Origin: a virus
Lineage: Duplodnaviria > Caudoviricetes
DNA length: 63,203 nt
IMG/VR virus record: IMGVR_UViG_3300043436_001856
Location: 1-63,203 of that record
Direction: 5' to 3' (one strand)
In this document: positions 34,348 to 45,143 of the stretch, in pieces
Position numbering within the stretch: the stretch's first letter is position 1
How the letters are laid out: each line of letters opens with the position of its first letter
Notes under the pieces: generated by a model
What the model was told of the DNA's origin: nothing
What the model saw: the letters and a program-made list of their open reading frames with translations, nothing else
Databases searched by the model: none
Program-made: the position numbers and the translations under genes

Positions 34348-34866
34348 CTATCCTGCGGTTGTTAAGGCGTCTGCAACAACTGAAGAAACGCTTGGTGCTA
34401 ACGCAGGTTCTGAACCTGTGAAAGTTAAAGTGAATCCGCTTCTGTCACCTTGCGCAGTACCTGTTGAAGCTGCATTTGCAGTCAAATCAATACCGCGTGT
34501 TTTTCCTAAATACCAATAGATACCGTTGCTATCTTTTACAACTGCAACTAAAGAATTTTGCGCTAACAACAACAATTCGTTGCGTGTGTTAGTCTGCATT
34601 TTGTTAAGGACAATCTGAAGTTCTTGACCGTAGAAAACAGTTCCGTTTGCAACAGAAGCGTTTAATGTTTGGTTGAACATTGAAGTATCTTTTACTAATT
34701 CGTATTTCCAAAAACGTTTGCCTGTTGCCTTAGTCAAAGCGGTAATTACACCACTTGCTTCAGTTGTAGAACTTACGTTTGCGGCTTCAGTAAAATAAAC
34801 TTCAACGATTCCGCCTAAACTGTCACGGCAATCTAAAGTATATCCTTGTGTTAAAGCACAACTCAT
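34348..34866 (-). CDS. Major tail protein (copy B)
   Basis: Orthologue of 3071..3592. Confidence 0.75.
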   Translation of the reverse strand: MSCALTQGYTLDCRDSLGGIVEVYFTEAANVSSTTEASGVITALTKATGKRFWKYELVKDTSMFNQTLNASVANGTVFYGQELQIVLNKMQTNTRNELLLLAQNSLVAVVKDSNGIYWYLGKTRGIDLTANAASTGTAQGDRSGFTLTFTGSEPALAPSVSSVVADALTTAG

Positions 34867-34921
34867 TGTTAATAATTTAAATAATTTTTAAAAAAGGGGG
34901 GATATTTCACCCCCCGAATAA

Positions 34922-35875
34922 TTAAGCCAATACGAATTTCACTACTTCGTCAGGGAATGCGATATTCACACCCATTTTGAATTCAGAAACAAAACGTACT
35001 TGGTCAGCTTCTTTAGCGTAGAAAATTTCAAACTTTTCTTCTTCGTTCAACAAGTCTGTAGCTAAGAACAAGTTGCTTAAACGAGCAGCGTAAACTTTGT
35101 TAGTTCCGTTTAATCCTGCAACTGCAATTACCTTGATCATTGTACCCGGTAAAACAAACTCACCGTCTGCCTTCGCGTCAACTGAATAATGGAAACTGTT
35201 TGCGTTCTTTAACGCGATTGTGTAAGTTCTGAAAGTGTCCTGACCACAGAAAATTGTCATATCTTCAGCAGCAACAACTTTAGCAGGAATAGCCTGATAA
35301 ACGCCGTCGAAGATTGAAATTACGTTAGCAGCAGTAATTGAACTCAATGGTGCGCCTGAAATGTAAGTTGAAGCGTTAGCAGCAACAACACCTGAAGCAG
35401 CGCCGATTAATTTCACTAAACCGTCAAACTTGTTTAAGTTAACGTTTACGCTATCTGTGTCACCTTGCCAAATAGAAGTTTCTAATTGTGCAGCGATTGT
35501 TTTTGCCTTTTTGTCTGCAAATTCTTGCTCAAAAGGAATAGAATCGTACATTGAACCGGTAGGTAATGCCTTTTGTAAATACTTTGCTTCTAAGTCTTTA
35601 GGACATAAAGCTTCGTTTACTTTGATTTTACCAACAGTCACAGTTCTTTGAGTGAAAGTAGTTGAACCTGATGCAGTAAATCCGCAGCTACCACCGCTTT
35701 GGAAAATTGCGTCTGTGTCCATAATATTGATCGTTTCAGAAGACTTTACGCCTACCATAACGTTACCCGCGCTTTTAATTAAAGAAGCGGTTTTTGCTCC
35801 TAATACAGAAGAAGTAACCAATAAGGCTGCGTTTTCTTCAGTATAGTTTGCCAATGCTGATACATTAAATCCCAT
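34922..35875 (-). CDS. Major capsid protein (copy B)
   Basis: Orthologue of 3649..4602. Confidence 0.85.
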   Translation of the reverse strand: MGFNVSALANYTEENAALLVTSSVLGAKTASLIKSAGNVMVGVKSSETINIMDTDAIFQSGGSCGFTASGSTTFTQRTVTVGKIKVNEALCPKDLEAKYLQKALPTGSMYDSIPFEQEFADKKAKTIAAQLETSIWQGDTDSVNVNLNKFDGLVKLIGAASGVVAANASTYISGAPLSSITAANVISIFDGVYQAIPAKVVAAEDMTIFCGQDTFRTYTIALKNANSFHYSVDAKADGEFVLPGTMIKVIAVAGLNGTNKVYAARLSNLFLATDLLNEEEKFEIFYAKEADQVRFVSEFKMGVNIAFPDEVVKFVLA

Positions 35876-35880
35876 TGTTA

Positions 35881-36495
35881 TTAATTTTTAGTGTTTAAAA
35901 TTGCGTTTCTATATTTGCTCAATCTTTCTTCCTTAATATCTTTGTTAGATACAAATTCAGAAAATCCGTTTGGCTTTTGAATTGGGTCTGCGCTTGGTGT
36001 ATTTGAAAGTGCTTCTATTAATTCAGCTACCTGTGCAAATCCTTGCTTAACTTTATTTTCTAATTCCAAAACTTTTAATTCAGCCGCTTCTTTAGCTTCA
36101 ACCAATTCAGCAAATTTTGCTTCAAATTGTTCTGCCATTTCAGCCAACTTTTTGTCTTCTTCTTTAGAAGCTTCAACTTCAGTGTCAACCACCGGTGTAA
36201 CTTCTTCAACTTTAGCTTCAATTTCGATAATGATACCGTTTTCGTCCAAAGTAATTTCTGTGCCGTCCATTAATTCGTGGTCGCCCGCCGGTGCATTTGT
36301 ACCGTCAGCCAACTTTACTGAACCGCCAATTTCTAAAGCTGAAATTTCAACCTTAGTACCGTCCATTAAAGAATATTCTGCCATTTCCACCTTAGTTTCT
36401 TCAACCATTGGTGCAACTTCAGCTTCAACTTCAACAGGCGCAACATTGTCTTCGAACAATGCCTTAATCTTTAAAATCGCTTCCTGTGCGTTCAT
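35881..36495 (-). CDS. Scaffolding protein (copy B)
   Basis: Orthologue of 4615..5223. Confidence 0.75.
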   Translation of the reverse strand: MNAQEAILKIKALFEDNVAPVEVEAEVAPMVEETKVEMAEYSLMDGTKVEISALEIGGSVKLADGTNAPAGDHELMDGTEITLDENGIIIEIEAKVEEVTPVVDTEVEASKEEDKKLAEMAEQFEAKFAELVEAKEAAELKVLELENKVKQGFAQVAELIEALSNTPSADPIQKPNGFSEFVSNKDIKEERLSKYRNAILNTKN

Positions 36496-36532
36496 ACTTT
36501 TTTTATTATATAGTTAAAAAATAAAATGTTTA

Positions 36533-37126
36533 TCACTTAACCTGTGACAATATTTTTTGGATCTCCTCAACCATTGAAGCAACCTTATTTACTTCACGTG
36601 GTTTGTAGTTAAATAAACCTTCAACGCTAAACCCGGCAATGTCGCCGTTTTTAACCTTTGTCCAAGCTTCTTCGTTGTCAACAATCATTGATCCGAACCA
36701 ACTTCCAACCGGTGCGTCTTCAAATCCTTTCATTGGCATAATACCACGCGAAGGGTCTGAAATAAAGCTTTCAAATAATGTAACGCCTTCAAATTGTTGG
36801 TTTGAATCGTGCATTAAATTGACGTTACTTTGAAAACCCTTCTTAAAAAACTTCTGTACAATTTTAAGAATAGTGTCCGCACTAAAAGCAACATAATAAT
36901 CGCCGTATGTGCTATCGCTGCGAAAAATAGGAGTGTCAGCCAACATAATAGCACCACTAATAATGCGACGGTCTTCATTTGCAATTTCAAATTTTTGGGT
37001 TTTATTAAATGCATTCCAATTCTTTTGGATTGCCGGACGGTCAACCAATGCAATAAAATCAACCTGTGCGTCGTCGTTTATGTCTTCTGTAATATCCAAC
37101 ATAAAAATTGGTAAATCTGTATTCAT
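36533..37126 (-). CDS. Prohead protease, XkdF-like (copy B)
   Basis: Orthologue of 5258..5854. Confidence 0.85.
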   Translation of the reverse strand: MNTDLPIFMLDITEDINDDAQVDFIALVDRPAIQKNWNAFNKTQKFEIANEDRRIISGAIMLADTPIFRSDSTYGDYYVAFSADTILKIVQKFFKKGFQSNVNLMHDSNQQFEGVTLFESFISDPSRGIMPMKGFEDAPVGSWFGSMIVDNEEAWTKVKNGDIAGFSVEGLFNYKPREVNKVASMVEEIQKILSQVK

Positions 37127-37160
37127 AGTACTAAATAGTTTAAATTTTAATATTTATCGT

Positions 37161-39443
37161 TTATTCAAATGTTGCTCTGTTCTGTATTTCCGCTTCGCGT
37201 CTTTGAGAATCTGAAATGTCGCGTTCAACAACGTATGCACGGACTGCGCCACCGCCACCGCCGCCACCTGTTGCACCACCACCGCCGCCACCGCCTAAGT
37301 CAGGCGTTCCGCCACCACCTAAAGACGGCATTGCGCCACCACCTGTTGAAGGTGCGCCCGGCGAAGGAATGTCAACAAATCCGGGTTCAGCCGATCCGCC
37401 CGGAATTTCAGGCGCTTTAACCGCTAAAATGGCTTTAACGTTCTTTAAACCCGCAGCAATCGCAGCCGCCGCAGCAACCGCACCCAAAACCGGACCGACA
37501 ATTGGAATACCAGCTAAAGACTTAAATGCCGCAGTTGCCGACATATATGTATCAATAGTCGTTGCAGCAATTGCAGCCGCTTTACCCGCAACCGTATGTT
37601 CACCAATAGCCTTTGCAGCGTTCTTTAATGTAGCGCTAATCTTTTGTGCATTTTCTGCCCTTGCCGCCGCTTCTTTTTTGCTAATTTCAACCCTTGCGTC
37701 GCTTAATTCCTTTTCAGTTTTGGTATATGCGTCGGAATCAATTTTACCTTCTTTGTATAGCTTTTTATTTAATGCTAAAGCGTCGTCAACGCCTTGTTTC
37801 CTTGCTTCGTATGAAAGGTTTTCATTATTAACAATAGAATCTAAACGCGCCTGTTCTTTTTCATCCGCTTCTTTTACATATTTAGCGTCAATTTCAGCAA
37901 CTTCAGCGCCATATTTTTCGCGTAATGCGGCAACCATTAACCCCTTCTGTTCTTCTGTATAATCCGCGTTGTCAAGTACCTTTTTTGTTTCAGCAACTAA
38001 AGCTTCGTCCAATGCGGCAACTTCCTTTTCTTTGCCTTCCTTGAATTTAGCAATACGTGCTTCTGATAATGTTTGTTGTAATTCTTCTTCAAACTTTTTA
38101 TCATTTTCAGCGCGCTTTTCTTTTATCTTATCGTCAATTTCCTTTACTTCTAATTGATAAGCTTCTTCTGTTGCCTTCTTTAATTCGTTCTTTGTTTTTG
38201 TGTCAACCTTTAAAGCGTCAATTTCAGTAATACGGGCATTCATATTTATTTCAGCCTGTTTCTTTGCTTTGTCGTCTTCAGAAGTAATTTCAGCCAATGC
38301 CTTTTCATTCTGTAAATCCAAAAGCATTTTGTCAGCCGTCTTTTTATCTTCAATGGCTTGTTTACTTGCTTCGTCGCGTTTCTTTTTAGCATCTTCAGCC
38401 GCCTTTGCCGCTGCGTCTGCGCTTTTTTTATTATAGTCAGCCGTCAAAACCAATTGTTCAGTCTTTAAATCCCTGAATTGCTTTGATTCTTCTTCTGTTA
38501 ATTTGCCTTTTGTTTTTAAGCTTTCACGTAAAGTTGACAATTCGTTTTCAACTCTTTTTTGGCTTAAATCATAAATTTCCTTTTCAGAACCGCCTTGCGC
38601 CTTTAATACTTTAATACGATTTTCAATGTCTTCGTTTGCGCGCTTATTTGCACCTGATAATTTATTTAAATTACGTTCCGCCTCACTTGTAACCCCAATA
38701 AAGTCTGTAAATTGTTCAACCAATTTGCCAACGCCATTTGCTAAAGCGCCTAAAGGACTGCTTTTAATCCATTTTGAAATGGCATCAAAGTTATTTATTA
38801 CCTCACCTAATAAAACAACCAAAGCACCAATACCGGTTGCAACAATTGCGCCTTTTAAAACCTTAAACCCTGTTGAAGTAGTTTCAACCGATACGCCAAA
38901 CGCCTTTTGAACCGCCGCCGCCGTTTTAGTTGCAGCGTTGTTTAATTCCTGAAACGTTGTTGTACTTTTAATTACCGCACCCAATTGTTTGAATGAATCC
39001 ACGCTTTCACCAACCGCCTGTAAACCCTGCGACAATGCCATTGCAGCATTCACCTTCAATAATGCCTTTTCAACGTCTTTATTCTCATTACCAAACAAAG
39101 CCATTGCACCCTGAAGCGCACTAAATCCGCCGGCAACACCTGCCAATGAAGAAGCAACCGCCTTAAACTTTGCATCCGGGTTGAATGCATCCGTCAACGC
39201 CTTCGCGTCGCCAATACGGTCTTTTAAGTCAGCCGCCTTTTTAGCCGCATTAATAGCTTCCTTTGAAGTTGCACCGAACTTGTCAGCCATTAAACCAACT
39301 TCTGCCTGTGCTTCCTTTAGTTGGGTTCTTAAACTTTTAACCGACTTGTCTGTATCCTCAAACGCCTTGTCTAATTTTTGTACGTCTGCGGTCGCCTGCG
39401 CGGTGTCTGTGGTGACCTTTATACCAATAATTTCTTCTGCCAT
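37161..39443 (-). CDS. Tape measure protein (copy B, 760 aa)
   Basis: Orthologue of 5889..8225, 18 aa shorter. Confidence 0.8.
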   Translation of the reverse strand: MAEEIIGIKVTTDTAQATADVQKLDKAFEDTDKSVKSLRTQLKEAQAEVGLMADKFGATSKEAINAAKKAADLKDRIGDAKALTDAFNPDAKFKAVASSLAGVAGGFSALQGAMALFGNENKDVEKALLKVNAAMALSQGLQAVGESVDSFKQLGAVIKSTTTFQELNNAATKTAAAVQKAFGVSVETTSTGFKVLKGAIVATGIGALVVLLGEVINNFDAISKWIKSSPLGALANGVGKLVEQFTDFIGVTSEAERNLNKLSGANKRANEDIENRIKVLKAQGGSEKEIYDLSQKRVENELSTLRESLKTKGKLTEEESKQFRDLKTEQLVLTADYNKKSADAAAKAAEDAKKKRDEASKQAIEDKKTADKMLLDLQNEKALAEITSEDDKAKKQAEINMNARITEIDALKVDTKTKNELKKATEEAYQLEVKEIDDKIKEKRAENDKKFEEELQQTLSEARIAKFKEGKEKEVAALDEALVAETKKVLDNADYTEEQKGLMVAALREKYGAEVAEIDAKYVKEADEKEQARLDSIVNNENLSYEARKQGVDDALALNKKLYKEGKIDSDAYTKTEKELSDARVEISKKEAAARAENAQKISATLKNAAKAIGEHTVAGKAAAIAATTIDTYMSATAAFKSLAGIPIVGPVLGAVAAAAAIAAGLKNVKAILAVKAPEIPGGSAEPGFVDIPSPGAPSTGGGAMPSLGGGGTPDLGGGGGGGATGGGGGGGAVRAYVVERDISDSQRREAEIQNRATFE

Positions 39444-41521
39444 TAATTAGTGTTTATTACTTTTAATAAATTTACAAGGGTTGTCCTGTAATCTGTTGGG
39501 TCGTATGAATCAATCCTGTTCAATCTAAACAATACGCCGTTAATCCAAATATATTTGCTGAAATCCAAATTGTAAATGTCAACCGCCGTTAAATAAACGC
39601 GACAGGTCAACAACTTTGATTCCATATCTGTAATTTCCAAAATGTACGGTTTATGATACGTATTGAATAAGTTATTCGTCGGGTATGTTGTCGCAGGAAA
39701 TTGTAATTCCTTTGGTGCGCCAAAATTCAAATCAATTGTTGGATTCGTTGGATCGTCCAAATGTCCCGCATATCCATAAACGTACAAATTAGCTAAATCT
39801 GAACCACCGCCCGTTGCACCTGATTTGATATGCCAAAGGTGGTCAATAGGTAATTTTTTAGCCATTAAAATACGAATAACAGAATCCATTGAATCTTCCT
39901 GTGTGTTATTATTTGACAATTTAAAAATTGTTGTATAATATTTATCTGAATGTCCGTGTCCTGTTGGTTGGTATAATACAGAAGGCGCAAAGATAATTTG
40001 CGTTGAAGCCGTATCTTTTACGAAATCAAATTCTGAATCATAAATAAAGTCGCCATAGGTTTGACCGTACTTCTTTTTATAGTTTTCATTATAATAATCT
40101 GAATCTTCTGAATATCTGTACGCATAATAACGGGCGTTCAACTGTGACATTGGTTTAATTGACATTGTTGAAGCCGTGTCAATCTTTTGTGACCAATCAA
40201 TTGAATTTGTAACCGCATCTGAATAAAAATCAATATATGGTGCAATATTAATTTGCTTTTCATTTATGTTATCCTGATAAACGTACAAATTGAACATTTT
40301 ACATACTGACAAAAAGAAGTCTTTTTGGAAAATACCCTTTGGTAAATTATTATTCATTGAAACAGTACCATTGTAAGCAACAGTTGCCAACTGTGCAGCC
40401 AATTGGGTAAATGTAAAATTCGCACTTGAAACGTTTACAATATAAGTATTCGCCGTTGCCGGAACGCTTAATTCAATACGCACTTCGTTCGTGTTTGCAA
40501 TATCCCCCGTCCAATTTATATTGAATGTGAAAGGGTTATTTGCTGAAAATGTATTTACTGTCAATGTCTGAACCGCAACACCTGCAACATATAAAGTCGC
40601 AGTAATTGATGAAGCGGCGTCGGTTTGATAAATGCCGGTTATTGTAGCCAATGCATTAACTGTCTTTGTGCCGTCAGTATAAGTAAAAATGCTTTTTCCT
40701 GCATTTTCTGTGAAATTAAGTAAAGTCGTATTATCAAAAGACAAATTTGCATTTCGCGCCGTTGGTGTATTACTGTTTAATATTGTTTTGGTTGCATTAA
40801 TCGTGCCTAAAATAAATCTGTCATTCGTTCCCTGAATTCCTTGACTATTGTTTGGAATAATTAATTTTTTAAAAAAGTCAGTATTAAAAAAGTCACAATT
40901 TAAACTGTACGAAGTACCTTCAAATATCTTTTCAATATATTCCTTTACGTATAATGCCGGTCTAAATGTATAAACGCTGAAATTATCTTTATTTGTTGAA
41001 ACATTGCCGTAATCAATTAAAGGGTAATAATAACCTGAACCGTTTATTGTGTCCCAACTATCTGTAATAGCGTCAACGTTCCAAGTATGGTTGTATTCGC
41101 TAAAATCAAGGTCTTCTAAGCGCTTATTCCCCAATTCGGTAATAAACCCTGACAACTCACCGAAAACCGCGCATTGGTATTCAATTGTACCTTTATTCAT
41201 TACAATTTCAAGGATTCTGATAACCCCCTTAAAAATCTGTATTTTATCAATATATACTTCGCACTTTGCAGCCTGTGACGGCGTAAAGTTTGTATTAACG
41301 TTGGGTAAATCCGCATTATATTCGGTTGACGTTCCCAAATCAAAAGCAAAACCCAATATTTGGTTATTCTTCGCAGTTGCAGGAATTGATATTGTACGGC
41401 TAAAAGAAGTATTGCGGCTTCCAAAATCGCGCACGTCGTCAATCGTGTACGTGAAATCCGTTCCAATATCCTTCAATAAGTCAATTGCGTTGTCTTCAAT
41501 ATAAATTTCGGTTCTAATCAT
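39443..41521 (-). CDS. Tail tip/hub-like protein (copy B)
   Basis: Orthologue of 8225..10285. Confidence 0.65.
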   Translation of the reverse strand: MIRTEIYIEDNAIDLLKDIGTDFTYTIDDVRDFGSRNTSFSRTISIPATAKNNQILGFAFDLGTSTEYNADLPNVNTNFTPSQAAKCEVYIDKIQIFKGVIRILEIVMNKGTIEYQCAVFGELSGFITELGNKRLEDLDFSEYNHTWNVDAITDSWDTINGSGYYYPLIDYGNVSTNKDNFSVYTFRPALYVKEYIEKIFEGTSYSLNCDFFNTDFFKKLIIPNNSQGIQGTNDRFILGTINATKTILNSNTPTARNANLSFDNTTLLNFTENAGKSIFTYTDGTKTVNALATITGIYQTDAASSITATLYVAGVAVQTLTVNTFSANNPFTFNINWTGDIANTNEVRIELSVPATANTYIVNVSSANFTFTQLAAQLATVAYNGTVSMNNNLPKGIFQKDFFLSVCKMFNLYVYQDNINEKQINIAPYIDFYSDAVTNSIDWSQKIDTASTMSIKPMSQLNARYYAYRYSEDSDYYNENYKKKYGQTYGDFIYDSEFDFVKDTASTQIIFAPSVLYQPTGHGHSDKYYTTIFKLSNNNTQEDSMDSVIRILMAKKLPIDHLWHIKSGATGGGSDLANLYVYGYAGHLDDPTNPTIDLNFGAPKELQFPATTYPTNNLFNTYHKPYILEITDMESKLLTCRVYLTAVDIYNLDFSKYIWINGVLFRLNRIDSYDPTDYRTTLVNLLKVINTN

Positions 41522-42735
41522 TATCTGTATTGACTGTTTAAATATTTACCAACTTCAACTTCTAAATCAAAATTAAATAAGCCGTCCGAAACCCTGTATT
41601 TGTATTGGTAATTCGTGTTTCTAATTGTAACCGGGAAATACGCGCCTTGAACTTCCATATAAACAATCGGTGACGCCATTAATTGCGCCAACCAAGCGTA
41701 ATCCTGTTCGTTTACCCAATCGCTTGTTAACATATAATAGTCAGTATGCTGAATTGCGAAGTTGTACGTCGTTTCGTTGTATTTGTTGTAAGCATCAATA
41801 TTTTTCATTTGACCGCCTGACAATTGGTACGGGTTGCGTCTATATGAAGCACGGTTAAATTCGCTGCGTCGCTTGTTTACCAATCTAAACGCCATTGAAT
41901 CATAACCGCCCAATCTGTTAAGGAAATGAAGGTTGTATTGTCTGTATTTAGGGTTGCAAACGTGTCTGAAATTCAATACCCTTGTAACCGCAGCGCCTAA
42001 CGTAATGTAAACTTTGTACCCGTAGGTATTTTGTGTAATTATATCTGATCCCGCCCACGCATTAATTGCCGCAGCCTGAAAATTGAACAGGTTAAATTGC
42101 CCGGTCATTGTAAGGTCACCGCTTACCGCAGTTCCAAAAGTTCCGTCTTCGTTTGTAGGTTGTACCCAAAGTTTATAAGCGCCGCCTGTAATCTTTAAGA
42201 ATGTAATAAAAAATTGGTCGCCGTATTCAATCGTAATATCTGAATTGTCGCGGTCGCTTAACCAATCGTCCGTGTAATTCTCAATAAGTAAATTATCGTA
42301 GTAATTAGACAATACCAAAGGTACTTCGCCGTTTTCCGTAAATATGTCACTAAATAAAGGTGCGTAATAATTGTAAGCTGAATAAGAACCTGAAGCCAAA
42401 TTAGGAATAACCGCGCCGCTTACTTCTTCGCCAATACGAACCTGATAATCAACCTTTATTTTGTCGTTTGATGCCATTAAAACGGTTGTACCTGAAGGTT
42501 CAAAATAGTTTGTCACGTATGCGCGCACCATTGGGGATGCGTTAAATACGCCGTAACTTCCTTCAGCCGACGGCGAAGGGAATACCTTATTTCGGCTTAC
42601 CTGTGCGCCATTTATGTAAATATCATATACGAATTTAAAATTTGTCACCCCAACATTTGTTGAAGAAGCCACAAACCAAAGGTCTTCGTGCATACTCGGA
42701 AACGTAGCCGGTTGACTATTTATTGTTATTGCCAT
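41521..42735 (-). CDS. Distal tail-like protein (copy B)
   Basis: Orthologue of 10285..11499. Confidence 0.6.
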   Translation of the reverse strand: MAITINSQPATFPSMHEDLWFVASSTNVGVTNFKFVYDIYINGAQVSRNKVFPSPSAEGSYGVFNASPMVRAYVTNYFEPSGTTVLMASNDKIKVDYQVRIGEEVSGAVIPNLASGSYSAYNYYAPLFSDIFTENGEVPLVLSNYYDNLLIENYTDDWLSDRDNSDITIEYGDQFFITFLKITGGAYKLWVQPTNEDGTFGTAVSGDLTMTGQFNLFNFQAAAINAWAGSDIITQNTYGYKVYITLGAAVTRVLNFRHVCNPKYRQYNLHFLNRLGGYDSMAFRLVNKRRSEFNRASYRRNPYQLSGGQMKNIDAYNKYNETTYNFAIQHTDYYMLTSDWVNEQDYAWLAQLMASPIVYMEVQGAYFPVTIRNTNYQYKYRVSDGLFNFDLEVEVGKYLNSQYR

Positions 42736-43444
42736 TACTTGATTCTATTTTATTGCCAATTTGTCTAATTTGTAATTGAACGTCGCCGCCAAAAGCTTCT
42801 GCCATTGTTGTAAAGAATTCCTTATTGAAAACCGCCTTAACTGCGTTATCAAAATACGAAGTCGTACGTAAACCGTCCCTTTTTATTGCTGAAGCGGTTG
42901 CGTAAGCCAATGTTTTTAATGAAGGCGCTTTATTTACGGTCTGTTTAAGCTTTCTGTTTTTCCTTTGTGTCGTGCTTAGTTTCTTTGTCTGTGTTTCGTT
43001 TGTCGTCTTTGCTTTACCTAATCTGTACCATTGCAATATTGACGTTGCCATTTTCTTATTTGGGAACGGCGTCTTATATTGGTAAGGTGAATCTGAAGCA
43101 ACCTTTTTTGGCTTTGCATTTGCACCGCCCGCACCACGTACCCCCTTATTAACGTACTTATAATAAACTGAAGCCGGGTTATCCTTATCGTAACCCAACC
43201 ACATTTCGTAATCATTGCCAAATTTGTTGACCTTTGGTACAACTAAGTCGCCAATTTTACCTGAAGCAATTGAACCGCTTTTTGCAAGGTTCTTCTGTAC
43301 TTCGTCGTTGAATTGTTTACCGTAGAATATAAGCATTTGTTCGGCAACAGGAAATTCAGTCGGGTCAATAAGGTTGTATTGATCACCGATTGTTTTTAAA
43401 AAACCTTCCTTTAATGCTTTTGCCTGTGCTTTGGCTTCACTCAT
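42716..43444 (-). CDS. Putative tail completion protein (copy B)
   Basis: Orthologue of 11480..12208. Confidence 0.55.
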   Translation of the reverse strand: MSEAKAQAKALKEGFLKTIGDQYNLIDPTEFPVAEQMLIFYGKQFNDEVQKNLAKSGSIASGKIGDLVVPKVNKFGNDYEMWLGYDKDNPASVYYKYVNKGVRGAGGANAKPKKVASDSPYQYKTPFPNKKMATSILQWYRLGKAKTTNETQTKKLSTTQRKNRKLKQTVNKAPSLKTLAYATASAIKRDGLRTTSYFDNAVKAVFNKEFFTTMAEAFGGDVQLQIRQIGNKIESSNGNNNK

Positions 43445-43536
43445 AACCTTAAATAGATAAAACGGTTCTAAATACCGCACAAAAAACCCCGTGTAAAAAC
43501 ACAGGGTAATTTTCGCTTATTACAATAAAACCAAAT

Positions 43537-43819
43537 CTAATATTTTATGCGCTTTGCCTGTTCGCGGTCGTAAGCGTTCTTTGACTTTAAATATGCCATT
43601 GTATTTAAAAACTCAATCGTTTTCATTTCAAAAGCTTCTGAAGTTCTAATATTTTCGTGTTCGGCAACAAGTTTGGCGGTATAATGCCATCCATAGATTC
43701 GCATAAAAGCAACAGAACCGAATCCGCTTGCTCCGTTGTCATCCCCGCCGTCGTCATTTCCGCCCTCATATAATCCCGCGAAACTTCGATCCAATTTTTG
43801 TAAACTTGATAAAAAAAAA
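43537..43819 (-). CDS. -1 frame extension of the tail chaperone (copy B)
   Basis: T9 run at 43811..43819; -1 frame open. Confidence 0.7.
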
Positions 43820-44297
43820 CCAACGAATGATAAACGTTCACAAAGTTTGCTTCCTGCATATCCGCAGCGTATTGTTCGTGCTTGCTCGCGTCGTACTTAT
43901 CGTCAACCCATTTGCCAAACCAATTCTTTTTCTGCGGTATTACCATTGAAGCCGCTATTTTATGAAGATTCGCCAAAGTTTCCTTACTGAAAACCTTGCT
44001 TTCAATGTAACGCGCCGCCGGCATATTCTTAATGTCGTAGTTTATACGGTATTGTTTGCCGTTTGTTTTAATATAGTCAACCGGTTTACCTTCAATTGGT
44101 TCGTCTAAAAATGCCAATTCTTTGCGCAGTTCTTTTAAGTCTTCAATGTTTAAACTGTCAATTTGGTATTCTGTCAACCCTGTAATAATCGTCAACAATT
44201 TAATGTCAACGTCCAATTCTGTCCAATCTTTATTCGGGTTTGTTATTATTGGCATCAATTGTTGGTATTGCCAAAGGGTCAGTTCGTTCCATTTCAT
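43623..44297 (-). CDS. Tail assembly chaperone (copy B)
   Basis: Orthologue of 12390..13064. Confidence 0.7.
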   Translation of the reverse strand: MKWNELTLWQYQQLMPIITNPNKDWTELDVDIKLLTIITGLTEYQIDSLNIEDLKELRKELAFLDEPIEGKPVDYIKTNGKQYRINYDIKNMPAARYIESKVFSKETLANLHKIAASMVIPQKKNWFGKWVDDKYDASKHEQYAADMQEANFVNVYHSLVFFYQVYKNWIEVSRDYMRAEMTTAGMTTEQADSVLLLLCESMDGIIPPNLLPNTKILELQKLLK

Positions 44298-44427
44298 AAT
44301 TCAAAGTTAAGTCTTTTTTCTGATAAGGACAATGCCGACAACCATTTTTGCAGCAATACCCCCTTTTTAAATGATATTCTTCTGTGAATACCTTAAATCC
44401 GTTTTCAATATAATAATCTTTATTCAA
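44230..44427 (-). CDS. DUF5522-like Cys-rich protein (copy B)
   Basis: YCCKNGCRHCPY. Confidence 0.75.
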   Translation of the reverse strand: MNKDYYIENGFKVFTEEYHLKRGYCCKNGCRHCPYQKKDLTLNYEMERTDPLAIPTIDANNNKPE

Positions 44428-44713
44428 ACCCGTTTTGCTTTAATAGATTATAAATTTCTTCGTCTTCTTTATAATCTTCAATTGTTATTTCGCCGTCAAC
44501 ATCAAAATTAATCCAAATTTTAGCTTCTGTAAAATCTTGACAGTTTTCAAATTGTTTATAAAATTGTTTTTCTTCCCATTCGTAAGAATCTTCAATGTTT
44601 TTAAATTTTCCTTTTAAACAAGTATTATGAACTTCCAATACCGTCCAATTGGAATATCCTGAATCCTGCGTTGCAAAATATTTGCAGTTTTGGCATTTAT
44701 TAATCATATCCAT
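44420..44713 (-). CDS. Hypothetical Cys-containing acidic protein, copy B only
   Basis: 97 aa CxxC...C...C, inserted with overlaps between the wHTH and DUF5522-like genes. Confidence 0.7.
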   Translation of the reverse strand: MDMINKCQNCKYFATQDSGYSNWTVLEVHNTCLKGKFKNIEDSYEWEEKQFYKQFENCQDFTEAKIWINFDVDGEITIEDYKEDEEIYNLLKQNGFE

Positions 44714-45060
44714 TTTTTTAATCCGTTAGCACTTGACATAATCGCGTCGGCGCGTTGTGTTAAGCTTTCAATTTGCCCGTTTAATTCGTCCGCGTCGTAT
44801 GATACATAATAACCATTTGACGTCCCAATAACCGGCAATATTCCTTCTGACCTTATAAAGTTAACGATTTTACGCAAACGCGGTTCAGAAAATTGTTTAA
44901 TTCCGTACTTTTCTTTTTGCCCGTTAATGGCTGCGACTATTTCAGCGCCTTTAATTGGGTTGGCTTTGCTTTTCAGGTTTAAACCCCTGATAATTACAGG
45001 CACTAATCTTTTTTCGTCCGGCGTTAATTCGCAGGTAATTTCTTCAAAGTTTTTAATCAT
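44704..45060 (-). CDS. Winged-helix protein (copy B)
   Basis: Orthologue of 13173..13535. Confidence 0.6.
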   Translation of the reverse strand: MIKNFEEITCELTPDEKRLVPVIIRGLNLKSKANPIKGAEIVAAINGQKEKYGIKQFSEPRLRKIVNFIRSEGILPVIGTSNGYYVSYDADELNGQIESLTQRADAIMSSANGLKKWI

Positions 45061-45143
45061 TGTATAAGCTTTTAAATATCCCCGCCCGTGACATAACTAA
45101 CACCCCTGTTAATAATTGATTGTTGAATTGGACGGGGACAGTA

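Noticed and set aside
36533-36540. TGG (Trp) in the copy A protease aligned to TGA in copy B, suggesting TGA recoding
   Set aside because: Single terminal codon lying in the late-promoter upstream box; TGA acts as a normal stop in ATGA overlaps elsewhere and no genes are interrupted
37216-37962. Long + strand ORFs (e.g. 37216..37962, 29495..30256, 4040..4429)
   Set aside because: Antisense shadows of biased minus-strand genes; lengths are not conserved between copies and there are no recognisable motifs
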